Of a stretch of 64,000 nucleotides of DNA, positions 26,838 to 36,370 are shown piece by piece. Origin of the DNA: Clostridiales bacterium (GTDB lineage: Bacteria > Bacillota > Clostridia > Christensenellales > UBA1242); NCBI GenBank assembly GCA_015055905.1, contig SVHI01000003.1, positions 12,942 through 76,941 of the forward strand, in the 5' to 3' direction. Position 1 is the first letter of the stretch. Every line of letters starts with the position of its first letter. The notes beneath the pieces are model-generated. The model saw only the letters and a list, made by a program, of their open reading frames with translations, was not told the origin of the DNA and did not search any database. The position numbers were made by a program, and so were the translations under genes.

Positions 26838-26879
26838 ATGATGTAAAATATTTGACAATACATCACAAAGTGATGTAAA
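26838..26879. promoter_or_regulatory. Putative XRE operator: perfect palindrome plus an upstream half-site, overlapping a divergent promoter
   Basis: TACATCAC-aaa-GTGATGTA at 26859-26877. The related half-site ATGATGTAAA at 26838-26847 resembles GTGATGTAAA at 26870-26879. TTGACA lies at 26852-26857. Confidence 0.55.
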
Positions 26880-26913
26880 TTAATTATATAAAAATATAAA
26901 AAAGGAGAAAAAT

Positions 26914-27915
26914 ATGAAAAAGAAATTTTTAAGTGGTCTTATGGCACTTGCTATTGCCATTCCTTGCGCATTTGGCTTGGTTGGTTGTGGCGAAGACCCA
27001 GCAGACCCAACAACACCACCTGCAACACCTACTCATACCCATTCATACACATCATATGAATATAAGGTGGAAGATGGCAAGGCATACAAGGTTGAAACAG
27101 GTTGTAGTTGTGAAGTTGACACAAAAACAGAACTTCAAAACTATGTAATTGCAACAACTGATAATGTTAATGAAGTCATTGCAGATGCAACTGATGGTTT
27201 AACTATTGTATTAGATGCTGGTGATTATGGTGTAATCAATATGCATAATACTTTAGAAGATGTAACTATTATAGGAACTACAGCAACTGTTGAAAAAATT
27301 GATATTGCCGGACATACTAATGCAAACATTACTATTGACAATATTACATTTGATGGCACAGCCGAATGGAGTGGCGTATATGTTGGCTCTATTGGTTTAG
27401 ATGGCTTAACTGTTCGTAATTGTTCTTTTGTAAAGAATAGTTACATTTTAGGTGGTGGAAGCCAACCTGACCATATCTCTATTATGAATCTTCTTGTTGA
27501 AGGCTGTTCTTTTGATATGACTGATATGGAAAACAAAGATTCAGTTAAATTATCAGCAATCAATATTTGGGGAAGTGATGGTGTAACAATTAAGAACAAT
27601 ACTTTCAAAAATGTAGATTATAACGCAATTCAACTTGCAGGTGAAATCAATGGTGCTGTATTAATTGAAGGTAATGATATTGATGGAACAGCAGATAGAG
27701 CTTTGCGTTTCAATAATGTAAATGAAACTATTACAATTAGAAATAACACTATTAAAGGTGTTCAAGAAGAAGATGGTGAATTGTTAAAAGCAACTTCTGT
27801 TACTGCAGAAGGAAGTTTAGTTTTTGAAAACAACACTTATGATGGCAATGCTTGGGCTCCAGAAAATGTTACAACAGAATCTACAAATGTAATTTACACA
27901 ATTACACTTGCTTAA
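26914..27915 (+). CDS. Lipoprotein with right-handed parallel beta-helix (pectate-lyase-like) repeats
   Basis: Lipobox GLVGC and a Thr/Pro linker. Periodic repeats are present (VRNCSF, VEGCSF, IKNNTF, IRNNTI, FENNTY). Confidence 0.55.
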   Translation: MKKKFLSGLMALAIAIPCAFGLVGCGEDPADPTTPPATPTHTHSYTSYEYKVEDGKAYKVETGCSCEVDTKTELQNYVIATTDNVNEVIADATDGLTIVLDAGDYGVINMHNTLEDVTIIGTTATVEKIDIAGHTNANITIDNITFDGTAEWSGVYVGSIGLDGLTVRNCSFVKNSYILGGGSQPDHISIMNLLVEGCSFDMTDMENKDSVKLSAINIWGSDGVTIKNNTFKNVDYNAIQLAGEINGAVLIEGNDIDGTADRALRFNNVNETITIRNNTIKGVQEEDGELLKATSVTAEGSLVFENNTYDGNAWAPENVTTESTNVIYTITLA

Positions 27916-27972
27916 TTTGTAATATAAAACAGCATAAATAATTCCGCATTTTTGCTATTCGCTAAACAGAGA

Positions 27973-28000
27973 CACTCTTTTTTAAGAGTGTTTTTGTTTT
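27973..28000 (+). terminator. Intrinsic terminator
   Basis: ACACTCTT-ttt-AAGAGTGT followed by TTTTTGTTTT. Confidence 0.7.
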
Positions 28001-28024
28001 GCTAAAATTTTTTTAAAAAATATA

Positions 28025-28053
28025 TTGACGGTCTTGAATTTGTGTGATATTAT
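28025..28053 (+). promoter_or_regulatory. Promoter of the ABC-2 transporter leader
   Basis: TTGACG-17-TATTAT with an extended TG. Confidence 0.55.
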
Positions 28054-28074
28054 GATATAAGTGGTGAAATTCGT

Positions 28075-28127
28075 ATGCATTAAAATATTATCAGAACTAG
28101 TTGATATATTTTAGTGCATTTTTTTTG
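28075..28127 (+). terminator. Terminator-like hairpin inside the 5' leader (candidate attenuator)
   Basis: ATGCATTAAAATAT (28075-28088) pairs with ATATTTTAGTGCAT (28106-28119) with one G-U pair, followed by T8. It lies between the promoter and ATG 28194. Confidence 0.55.
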
Positions 28128-28193
28128 CCAAAATTTTTAAGGAGGTTAAATTTTTTTACAACTGAATAGCAAAACAAATTTTTAGGAGGAAAA

Positions 28194-29174
28194 ATGATTA
28201 AGCTTGAAAATATTTCAAAAACCTACAAAGTGTTTTGTAGGGAAAAGGGTCTTCGAGCAGCGTTTAAGAGTTTGTTCAAAAGAAAATATAAGACTATTGA
28301 GGCTCTAAAAAACGTTTCTTTCGAAGTTGAAGAAGGCGAAATTGTTGGGTATATTGGTCCAAACGGCGCAGGAAAAAGCACTACAATCAAGATTATGACC
28401 GGTATTATTTCACCAACCTCTGGCACTTGTCTTATTAATGGGCTCAACCCAGTCAAAGACAGGAAAAAATATGTTAGTCAAATAGGAGCAGTGTTTGGGC
28501 AAAGGGCGAACCTTGCGTGGGACGTGCCTGTTATTGATTCCTATGAACTCTTAAGGGATATTTACAAAATCCCAAATTCAGAATATGAAAAAAATTTACA
28601 AAATCTAACCGAAAAACTCGACCTGGCGGAACTTTTGCACTTGCCGATTAGGCAGATGTCGCTGGGGCAGAGAATGAGATGCGAAATCGCTGGTGCGCTT
28701 TTGCACTCACCAAAGATATTGTTTCTTGATGAGCCGACAATCGGGCTTGATTCAATATCTAAACTCAAAGTGCGTGAATTTATTAAGCAAATGAACAAAG
28801 AAACCAAACTAACGGTTATTTTAACAACTCACGATATGAACGATATCGACGCACTTACAAATCGTATTATTTTGATTGGAAAGGGTCAAAAACTTTATGA
28901 CGGAAGTTTTGAGAAAATCAAAGAAGAATATTCAAAGAGTGTTCTTGTTAAGGTTCAAATGGCTGAAGTTTATGACAAAGTTGAAATCAAAGGCTATGAA
29001 ACACTTTCAGTTAATGGCATTGAGGTGGAACTTAAAAATCTTCCTGAAACAACCTTTTCTTATGTTAAACTCGTTCAAGAACTTGAAAAGAAATATAAAA
29101 TCGTTGACATCTCAACAACTGCTCTTGAACTCGAAGAAGTGATTTATAACTTATACAAGGAGTATGAGTTATGA
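28194..29174 (+). CDS. ABC transporter ATP-binding protein (ABC-2 exporter type)
   Basis: Walker A GPNGAGKST, signature LSLGQRMR and Walker B ILFLDEPT. Confidence 0.9.
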   Translation: MIKLENISKTYKVFCREKGLRAAFKSLFKRKYKTIEALKNVSFEVEEGEIVGYIGPNGAGKSTTIKIMTGIISPTSGTCLINGLNPVKDRKKYVSQIGAVFGQRANLAWDVPVIDSYELLRDIYKIPNSEYEKNLQNLTEKLDLAELLHLPIRQMSLGQRMRCEIAGALLHSPKILFLDEPTIGLDSISKLKVREFIKQMNKETKLTVILTTHDMNDIDALTNRIILIGKGQKLYDGSFEKIKEEYSKSVLVKVQMAEVYDKVEIKGYETLSVNGIEVELKNLPETTFSYVKLVQELEKKYKIVDISTTALELEEVIYNLYKEYEL

Positions 29175-29971
29175 GAACCTTTAATTCAATTTTGAAAATG
29201 AACCTCAAAAAAGAGTTTCAATATCGAACTGCGGCTCTTTCTGGGGCGATTACACAGTTGTTTTTTGGGTTTATGTATATTGCCTTATATAGACAATTTT
29301 TGGTGGGCGATTCAGGTGATTTTTCAATCGCTCAAATGGCAAGTTATATTTGGCTTGGACAAATATTCTTTGCATTGTTTAAATATTTTGATGTCTGCAA
29401 ATTTGAAATAAGCGACAAGATTGTGAACGGCGATGTAGGGTATCAATTAATTAGACCTATGAACCTTTATTCTTATTGGTATGCAACAATCTTTTCAAAG
29501 TCGCTAGGGCAGATGTTAATTCGTGGTATTCCGCTTACGCTTTTGGTGTTCATTTTGCCAAGCGGTTGGAACCTTTTGCCACCTGTTTCGTTTGAAGCAT
29601 TTTTGTTATTTTTGTTCTCAATTACGATTGGTGCGTTTCTAGTTTCAAGCATCAATATGATTTCTTACATTATTGTCTTGCACACATTGTCGCCAAGCGG
29701 AGTTTTCAGTTTTGTTGTGGCGATTGCAATGTTTTTGGCGGGAAGTATTATACCAATTCCAATGATGCCTGAGGGCGTTCAAGCGGTGTTAAATTTCTTC
29801 CCATTTAGATATGTTTCCGATTTGCCTTACAGGATTTATATTGGCAATATCACCGGAAGCGAAATGTTTATTCAACTTGGAATTCAACTTGCGTGGCTCA
29901 TTGGACTTGTTGTTTTGGGCAAGGTTTTAATGAATAAAAAACTCAAAAAAATGGTTGTTCAAGGGGGATAG
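29171..29971 (+). CDS. ABC-2 family transporter permease
   Basis: Six-TM protein that overlaps the ATPase stop by 4 nt. Typical partner of this ATPase class. Confidence 0.7.
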   Translation: MRTFNSILKMNLKKEFQYRTAALSGAITQLFFGFMYIALYRQFLVGDSGDFSIAQMASYIWLGQIFFALFKYFDVCKFEISDKIVNGDVGYQLIRPMNLYSYWYATIFSKSLGQMLIRGIPLTLLVFILPSGWNLLPPVSFEAFLLFLFSITIGAFLVSSINMISYIIVLHTLSPSGVFSFVVAIAMFLAGSIIPIPMMPEGVQAVLNFFPFRYVSDLPYRIYIGNITGSEMFIQLGIQLAWLIGLVVLGKVLMNKKLKKMVVQGG

Positions 29972-29974
29972 ACG

Positions 29975-30754
29975 ATGAAGATGTATTTTAAATATTTATC
30001 AATTCAAATGAAGTCTGCATTTGAATATCGTGGGTCAATGGTGTTCTCAATGATTTCATCAGCCTTAACTACAGTTGCAACATTTTTTGGAATTTTGTGT
30101 TTGTTTGAAAGGTTCAACACCATTGGTGGTTACACCATAAATCAGGTGCTAATAACATATTCAATTGTGACGTTTTCGTTCGCATTTTCGGAGTGCTTTT
30201 TCAGGGGGTTTGACCAATTTGACAAACTCGTTCGAAACGGCGAACTCGACAGACTTTTGATTCGTCCACGCAGTATTTTCTTGCAGGTTTTGGGGTTCAA
30301 AACTGAATGGAATAAACTCGGCAGAATGGTGTTTTCGGGAGGCATAATTATTTATGCACTCATCGCTGCAAACATCGAGTGGACGCTTTTAAAAGCCGTT
30401 GTTATTGCCTTGATGATTGTTGGAACTGTTGTTATGTTTGCGGGTATATTTTTGATATTTTCGAGCGTGAGCATCTTCACAGTTGAGGGTGTTGAGGCGG
30501 TGAATATTATCACCAACGGAGGCAGAGATTTGTGTTATTATCCACTTGATATCTATGCAAATTTCTTTAAAAAATTCTTCACTTTTGTGATACCATTTGC
30601 GTGCATAAACTATCTTCCATTAAGGTTCGTTTTAGGGTTTGAAAACACAGGAATTTTCCACGCGCTTTCACCACTTCTTTCAATCGTTTTCTTTGGAATT
30701 TGTTATTTAATTTTTCAGTGGTCACTCACAAAATATAAGTCAACAGGAAACTAA
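29975..30754 (+). CDS. ABC-2 family transporter permease (second subunit)
   Basis: Polytopic membrane protein that starts 3 nt after the upstream stop. Confidence 0.7.
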   Translation: MKMYFKYLSIQMKSAFEYRGSMVFSMISSALTTVATFFGILCLFERFNTIGGYTINQVLITYSIVTFSFAFSECFFRGFDQFDKLVRNGELDRLLIRPRSIFLQVLGFKTEWNKLGRMVFSGGIIIYALIAANIEWTLLKAVVIALMIVGTVVMFAGIFLIFSSVSIFTVEGVEAVNIITNGGRDLCYYPLDIYANFFKKFFTFVIPFACINYLPLRFVLGFENTGIFHALSPLLSIVFFGICYLIFQWSLTKYKSTGN

Positions 30755-30823
30755 AAATCAGCCGTTTGGCTGATTTTTTTGCGGAATATTTTTTGGTCAA
30801 ATTATATTTTAATGCGGAATTTT

Positions 30824-30852
30824 TTGACAAAGTTTTGCATATTATTTATAAT
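30824..30852 (+). promoter_or_regulatory. Consensus promoter TTGACA-17-TATAAT, with the -10 placed 6 nt before ATG 30859 (candidate leaderless)
   Basis: Read directly from the sequence. No SD lies between the -10 and the ATG. Confidence 0.65.
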
Positions 30853-30858
30853 CAAAAT

Positions 30859-31479
30859 ATGGAAAAAATTGAAGTAATAAAATCTAAGTTTTTAATGAAT
30901 ATGTTTGACCAAAACACCTATGTTGTTTCAAATAAAAAAGAGGCGATTATTGTTGATGCTGGGGCAGAACTTGAAGACGTTTTAAAGGTGACCGAAAACA
31001 AAAAAGTTCTCGCTGTTTTGATGACACATTTGCACTTTGACCACATCTGGAATTTGGATAAATATTTGGAGCAGTTTTCTTGCCCAGTTTATATTGTGAG
31101 TGGTCACGAAAAAAAGTTCGAAAATGGCGAATTAAATTGCTCAAATATTGTTCGAATAAACCTTACAAAAAACATCAAAAAAGAACAAATTAAATATTAT
31201 GAAAATCACTTAAAAATTGGTTCATTTAATATTGATGTTTTCTTCACGCCAGGGCACAGCGCAGACAGTGTTTGCTTGCTTATTGGTGACACTTTATTTT
31301 CGGGTGACACGGTGTTTGCTGATGGCATTGGAAGAACTGACCTTTATGATAGCAGTAACAATCAAATGGCGGATTCGCTCGAGAAAATTAAAGCAATAAA
31401 TTATAAGAATTTATGTTCTGGACACTACGAAAATTCAACAAAAGAAAAGATAGATAAATTAATTAATTATTATTTATAG
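30859..31479 (+). CDS. MBL-fold metallo-hydrolase (glyoxalase II-like)
   Basis: THLHFDH motif, plus later GHS and D/H ligands. The start was chosen at MEKIEV; the upstream part of the track ORF covers the promoter. Confidence 0.75.
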   Translation: MEKIEVIKSKFLMNMFDQNTYVVSNKKEAIIVDAGAELEDVLKVTENKKVLAVLMTHLHFDHIWNLDKYLEQFSCPVYIVSGHEKKFENGELNCSNIVRINLTKNIKKEQIKYYENHLKIGSFNIDVFFTPGHSADSVCLLIGDTLFSGDTVFADGIGRTDLYDSSNNQMADSLEKIKAINYKNLCSGHYENSTKEKIDKLINYYL

Positions 31480-31531
31480 ACTTTTTCATAATTAAACCTG
31501 ACTTAGCATATTCATTAATGAGGGTTTAGTT

Positions 31532-33031
31532 ATGAAAAAGTTTTTTATTTTGTGCATTTGTGCGGTTTTTGTTTGTTTTTCTACATTTTCACTCACAGGT
31601 TGCTCAAAAAATGAAATTGATAAAATTTCTAAAAATTTAAATACATATTCAATCGCAATGAGTCTTGATGATGAAACTAAACAAATTTCTGCAACTGAAA
31701 AAATTGTGTTTTATAACAACACCGAAAAAGAACTTGAATATGTTTGTTTTCATTTGTATCCACGAGCCTTTCGTGAGGGTGCAACAGTGAAACCTTATAC
31801 CGCACTAACCGAGGCAACTTGCTTTCCAAACGGAGTGAGTTTTGGAGACATTGTTGTTTTGAGTGTTAAGGTTAATGCTCAAACAAAAGACTTTGAACTT
31901 GTGGGTGAAGATGAGGACATTTTGAAGATTTATTTTGGGTTTAAATTAACGCAAAAAAAATCGGTTGAAATTGTCATTGAATTTAACCTTATTATTCCAA
32001 ATTCAACACACCGATTTGGGTGGTTTGATGGCAACATAAATTTGGGGAATTGGTATCCAGTTTTAGCGGAATTTGATGGCGAAGATTTTGACCAGTCACC
32101 ATACTATGCAACTGGTGACCCGTTCCACTCGAGCGTGGCAAATTATGATGTTGAATTTTCGTTTCCGCAAGACTATCAAATTGTGTCAACTGGACAGTGT
32201 GAACTCACCACATCGGGCGGCTTGACTAAAGCAAAAATTTTGGCAAGGGCTGTTCGTGATTTTGCAATGTGTTTGTCGAGTGATTCAAACCTTGTTTCAG
32301 CAAAGACGAGCGGAGGGGTGCAAGTGAATTATTTGGCTAGCACGCTCGACCTTGAACTTAATAAATTTTTGGATATTTCAAAAGAGGCAGTTGAGTTTTT
32401 TTCGAAGACGTTTGGTGAGTATCCATATAAGTCAATTTCAGTTGCAAAGACTCCGTTCATTTATGGAGGAATGGAATATCCAAATTTGGTTTTTGTTTCC
32501 GACTCGGTTGACGACGAAAATGAATACCTGAAAGTTATTGTTCACGAGATTGCACATCAGTGGTGGTATGGTTTGGTTGGCAACAATGAAATCAAAGAGG
32601 CGTGGCTTGATGAGTCGGTTGCAGAATATTCGACCGCGCTGTTTTTTAAGTCGCACGAAAAGTATGGCATCAGCTATGACGACCTTGTGGGCGATGCACT
32701 ATCAAGTTATGTTTTGTATGTTGATGTGATAAAGACCTTGCGGGGTGAGGTGAACACTCAAATGAACCTTGCAGTTAATGAGTATCAAAACGACTATGAG
32801 TATTCGTATATGGTTTATGTTAAGGGTGTGATTATGTTCGATTCGCTTGCTGATATGGTTGGCGAAAAGAATGTGGTGCTGGGTTTGAAAAAATATTATC
32901 AAGACAACAAGTTTAAGGTGGCTACGGCTGAAGACTTCTTTGCGGCGTTTGAAAAGGCGTGCCACAAAGACCTTAGAGAATTTTTCAATGGGTTCCTTTC
33001 TGGCACAACAATAATTTCTTCTATTAATTAA
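31532..33031 (+). CDS. M1 family metallopeptidase lipoprotein
   Basis: Lipobox SLTGC, a GxMEN-like YGGMEYP, and the zincin HEIAHQWWY...WLDESVAEY. Confidence 0.85.
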   Translation: MKKFFILCICAVFVCFSTFSLTGCSKNEIDKISKNLNTYSIAMSLDDETKQISATEKIVFYNNTEKELEYVCFHLYPRAFREGATVKPYTALTEATCFPNGVSFGDIVVLSVKVNAQTKDFELVGEDEDILKIYFGFKLTQKKSVEIVIEFNLIIPNSTHRFGWFDGNINLGNWYPVLAEFDGEDFDQSPYYATGDPFHSSVANYDVEFSFPQDYQIVSTGQCELTTSGGLTKAKILARAVRDFAMCLSSDSNLVSAKTSGGVQVNYLASTLDLELNKFLDISKEAVEFFSKTFGEYPYKSISVAKTPFIYGGMEYPNLVFVSDSVDDENEYLKVIVHEIAHQWWYGLVGNNEIKEAWLDESVAEYSTALFFKSHEKYGISYDDLVGDALSSYVLYVDVIKTLRGEVNTQMNLAVNEYQNDYEYSYMVYVKGVIMFDSLADMVGEKNVVLGLKKYYQDNKFKVATAEDFFAAFEKACHKDLREFFNGFLSGTTIISSIN

Positions 33032-33088
33032 TTGTTTTGATTTTTGGCTGCGGTTGTGATAAACTACTCCTTGTATTAGGAGAGGTTT

Positions 33089-33898
33089 ATGAGAATTGTT
33101 AATCTATCATCAGGGAGCAAGGCGAATTCAACTTTTGTGTGCCACAATGACACCAAAATTTTGATTGATGCTGGGCTTAATGCAAAAACTCTTAAAACCT
33201 CACTTTTGGAAATCGGTGAACGACTTGAGGATATTAATGCGGTGTTTGTCACTCACGAGCACAGCGACCACGTCAAAGCCATTGAAACCTTGGCAAAAAA
33301 ATATGACATTCATTTTTATGTGAGGGAAGAGGTTGCTGGTTCTGGTGCGTTTGCGGATATTTGTTTTAAAGAAGGAAGACTTCACACATTTACTCATAAT
33401 GTGGTGAATGTTGGAGATTTGCAAATTACTCCATTTGATGTTATGCACGATGCGGCGGCTCCTGTTGGGTTTGTTGTAAATGTGTTTGGCAGCAAGGCAA
33501 GAGCAGGGTTTGTGACTGACCTTGGTGTGGTGACCGAAACCGTAAAAAATAGTCTTGCAGGCGTGAAGATGGTTTTTATTGAGTCAAACTACGATGAAGA
33601 TATGCTTGCTGGCGGAAAATATCCGTTCCTTTTGAAAAAGAGAATCGCGAGCGAAAAAGGACACCTTTCTAACACGCAGTCGCTGGAACTTGCAAAGTTT
33701 TTGTATGGAACTGGAACAAGGTGTTTTGTGTTGTCTCATATTTCAGAAAACAACAACACCTATGAACTTGCGTTCTCAAATTATGTTGACTACTTTGAGA
33801 AAAATAATATAAAATTAAACGAAGATGTTTATGTGCGCGTTTCTTTTCAAGGAAAGCGTGGAAATAATTTTAATTTGAAAGAGGAGTATGATGGATAA
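33089..33898 (+). CDS. MBL-fold metallo-hydrolase (YycJ/WalJ-like)
   Basis: VFVTHEHSDH motif in a 269-aa protein. Confidence 0.75.
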   Translation: MRIVNLSSGSKANSTFVCHNDTKILIDAGLNAKTLKTSLLEIGERLEDINAVFVTHEHSDHVKAIETLAKKYDIHFYVREEVAGSGAFADICFKEGRLHTFTHNVVNVGDLQITPFDVMHDAAAPVGFVVNVFGSKARAGFVTDLGVVTETVKNSLAGVKMVFIESNYDEDMLAGGKYPFLLKKRIASEKGHLSNTQSLELAKFLYGTGTRCFVLSHISENNNTYELAFSNYVDYFEKNNIKLNEDVYVRVSFQGKRGNNFNLKEEYDG

Positions 33899-35003
33899 TA
33901 TTTTTGAAAATGTAAAGCCTCCAGAACCTAAAAAGTTAAGCAGGTCAAGATTCGATATTAATGATTCGGCTCTTGCGGTTGTTATATTCATTGCGCTCAA
34001 TATCGCCTTTACTTTTGTTATTAGTGGGGTTAATTTTGGGACAATCTCTGGGACAATCTGGTATTATTTGTTGCAAGTTGCAGTTGAGGTGGTGTTTATT
34101 TTGGCTGCGTTTATTGTTGCTAGAGTTCGAAACCTTAGTTTTATTGAAGACACTGGAATGAAAAACAAAGTTAGTTGGAAGATGGTTGGCTGGTGCTTTT
34201 TGGTGTCGCTTGTCAGCATTATCTTCTTTGGAAACTTAACAAATGTATTCATTGCGTTTATTGAACTTTTGGGTTATGAATCAATCTTGGGTAGCATTGA
34301 AGTTAGCACTTTTGGGCAATACCTTGGAATGTTTTTCTCAACCTGCGTGGCTGCGGCATTCTGCGAAGAACTTCTCTTTAGAGGCGTTATTCTTTCAGGA
34401 TTTAGAAAGTATGGCGCGAAAGTTGCAATCTTTGCATCGGCGTTCATTTTTATGATTATGCACGGAAATGCAGAACAGACTGTTCACCAATTTATTGTTG
34501 GTTTGATTGTTGGTGTGATTTTTTATAAAACTGGAAACCTTTGGATTGGTGTGCTTGTGCATTTCTTCAATAACCTTATTCCAGTGACACTTACATATTA
34601 TATAAACACAGCTTATGAAATGCCTGCTGAAGTTGCAGCAGAAACAGCTGCAGCAACCGAAGTTGGTTTTGGTAGTTTGCTTTTAGACTTTGGAATTGCT
34701 GTGCTTGCTGCTTGGTTTGGTTATCAACTTTTGAAATGGTTGTTTGATAAGATTTTTGCAGAAAACAAAAAACTCAATGGGGAATATGAGGTTGTTGGTC
34801 AAAAGACAGAAGTTGTGATAGATGGCAAGCAAACAACCGTTGATATAACCATTGACGGTGAGCCTGCTAATGTTCAAGAACAAATTACTGAAGAGAAAAA
34901 AGTTGAGCCAATGAGCAGGGCTACACTTATTATGTTCATCATTTCAGGTGTTTATTTGATTGGAACTTGGCTTATGAACACCATAACAGGATTTTTGATT
35001 TAA
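33888..35003 (+). CDS. CPBP family intramembrane glutamic endopeptidase (CAAX protease-like)
   Basis: FCEELLFRGV, MIMHGN and HFFNN motifs in a polytopic protein with an extra C-terminal TM helix. Confidence 0.8.
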   Translation: MMDNIFENVKPPEPKKLSRSRFDINDSALAVVIFIALNIAFTFVISGVNFGTISGTIWYYLLQVAVEVVFILAAFIVARVRNLSFIEDTGMKNKVSWKMVGWCFLVSLVSIIFFGNLTNVFIAFIELLGYESILGSIEVSTFGQYLGMFFSTCVAAAFCEELLFRGVILSGFRKYGAKVAIFASAFIFMIMHGNAEQTVHQFIVGLIVGVIFYKTGNLWIGVLVHFFNNLIPVTLTYYINTAYEMPAEVAAETAAATEVGFGSLLLDFGIAVLAAWFGYQLLKWLFDKIFAENKKLNGEYEVVGQKTEVVIDGKQTTVDITIDGEPANVQEQITEEKKVEPMSRATLIMFIISGVYLIGTWLMNTITGFLI

Positions 35004-35860
35004 TGAATTACAACCAAATGTTGTCGGCATTAACCAAATTGCCAAAAGAATACAAAATAAAAACTATTGGAAAAACAAAATTCAAAAGAAAAATTATTGC
35101 AGTGGAGAGGATTTTGAATAAATCTTTCGACACTGCAATTTTTTTGTCGAGCATTCACGCAAGGGAAAACATCACAACAGACCTTGTTTTGGAAATGATA
35201 AAAAGGGGTTGTTTTGATAAACTGGATAACATTAATTTGTCATTCATTTTAATGGCGAATCCAGACGGGGTTGAACTTGAGAGTTTTGGTCTTGAAAAGT
35301 TTCCTAAAATACATCACAAAATGCTGTGCGAGGCAAACGGTGGATCAAGTGATTTTTTGATGTGGAAAGCGAACGCGCGGGGAGTTGATATCAATAATAA
35401 TTTTGATGCGAGGTTTGGGACAAATGTCGGCTCAAAAAAGCCTGCAAGCCAAGGGTTTATAGGAAGGAATTTTGAGAGCGAAAAAGAAACCAAGGCTATT
35501 GTGCGTTACACAAGAAAAATTAAGCCTTTTATAACAATTTCATACCACTCAAAAGGCGAGGAAATTTATTATAATTTTTTCCAGTGCGGTGCAAGGCTTG
35601 AAAGGGATAAAATTATTGCAGAAAAGTTTGCTGAAATAACTGGCTATAAAATTAAAAATGTGGAAAAGGTTAGTAGTGGTGGTTATAAAGACTGGTGCGT
35701 TGAAAAATTAAAAATCCCAGCGCTGACCATTGAGGTGGGTAGCGACGAACTATTGCATCCGATTGGCAGAGAAAATCTAGAAGAAATTTTTGAGAAAAAC
35801 AAAAATGTTGCAAAGGCGGTTTCATTTGCTTATAATGAATTTAGAAAAACAAAAGTTTAG
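35003..35860 (+). CDS. M14 family zinc carboxypeptidase (gamma-D-glutamyl-meso-DAP peptidase-like)
   Basis: SSIHARENIT (HxxE) and SYHSKGEEIYY motifs. ATG 35003 overlaps the upstream TAA as TAATG; the track start 34967 lies inside the upstream gene. Confidence 0.75.
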   Translation: MNYNQMLSALTKLPKEYKIKTIGKTKFKRKIIAVERILNKSFDTAIFLSSIHARENITTDLVLEMIKRGCFDKLDNINLSFILMANPDGVELESFGLEKFPKIHHKMLCEANGGSSDFLMWKANARGVDINNNFDARFGTNVGSKKPASQGFIGRNFESEKETKAIVRYTRKIKPFITISYHSKGEEIYYNFFQCGARLERDKIIAEKFAEITGYKIKNVEKVSSGGYKDWCVEKLKIPALTIEVGSDELLHPIGRENLEEIFEKNKNVAKAVSFAYNEFRKTKV

Positions 35861-35868
35861 GGTGAAAT

Positions 35869-36315
35869 ATGGGTTACGAAGAGAAGTTTATGAATAGGGC
35901 AATTGCACTTGCAAAAAAGGCTGAAGCACAAGACGAAGTTCCTGTTGGTGCGGTGATTGTGAAAGACGGAAAGGTTTTGTCTTATGCGTTCAACAAGAGG
36001 GAATCAAAAAAAGACGCAACTGCGCACGCTGAGATTATGGCGATACAAAAAGCCTGCAAAAAACTTGATGACTTTAGGCTCATTGGCTGTGACCTCTATG
36101 TTACACTTGAACCTTGTGTTATGTGCACTGGCGCAATCTTGAATTCTAGGCTTGAAAATGTTTATTTTGGGGCATATATTTCAAACGGCTCAATCTCGGC
36201 TGAAGAGCTTGCTGAGCGTGCGGAACTTAATCATAAAACTCATTTTGAGGGTGGGTTTAAAAAGGAAGAATGTTCCTCTTTGGTGACAAATTATTTTAAA
36301 AATAAAAGAAAATAG
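35869..36315 (+). CDS. tadA: tRNA adenosine(34) deaminase
   Basis: HAEIMAI and PCVMCTGAI zinc motifs in a 148-aa protein. Confidence 0.9.
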   Translation: MGYEEKFMNRAIALAKKAEAQDEVPVGAVIVKDGKVLSYAFNKRESKKDATAHAEIMAIQKACKKLDDFRLIGCDLYVTLEPCVMCTGAILNSRLENVYFGAYISNGSISAEELAERAELNHKTHFEGGFKKEECSSLVTNYFKNKRK

Positions 36316-36334
36316 ATAAATTAAAACTTCAGGC

Positions 36335-36364
36335 TTGACAAAATATATTAAAAAAAGATAAAAT
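36335..36364 (+). promoter_or_regulatory. Promoter TTGACA-18-TAAAAT, with the -10 placed 6 nt before ATG 36371 (candidate leaderless)
   Basis: TAAAAT-tttagt-ATG, with no SD. Confidence 0.55.
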
Positions 36365-36370
36365 TTTAGT

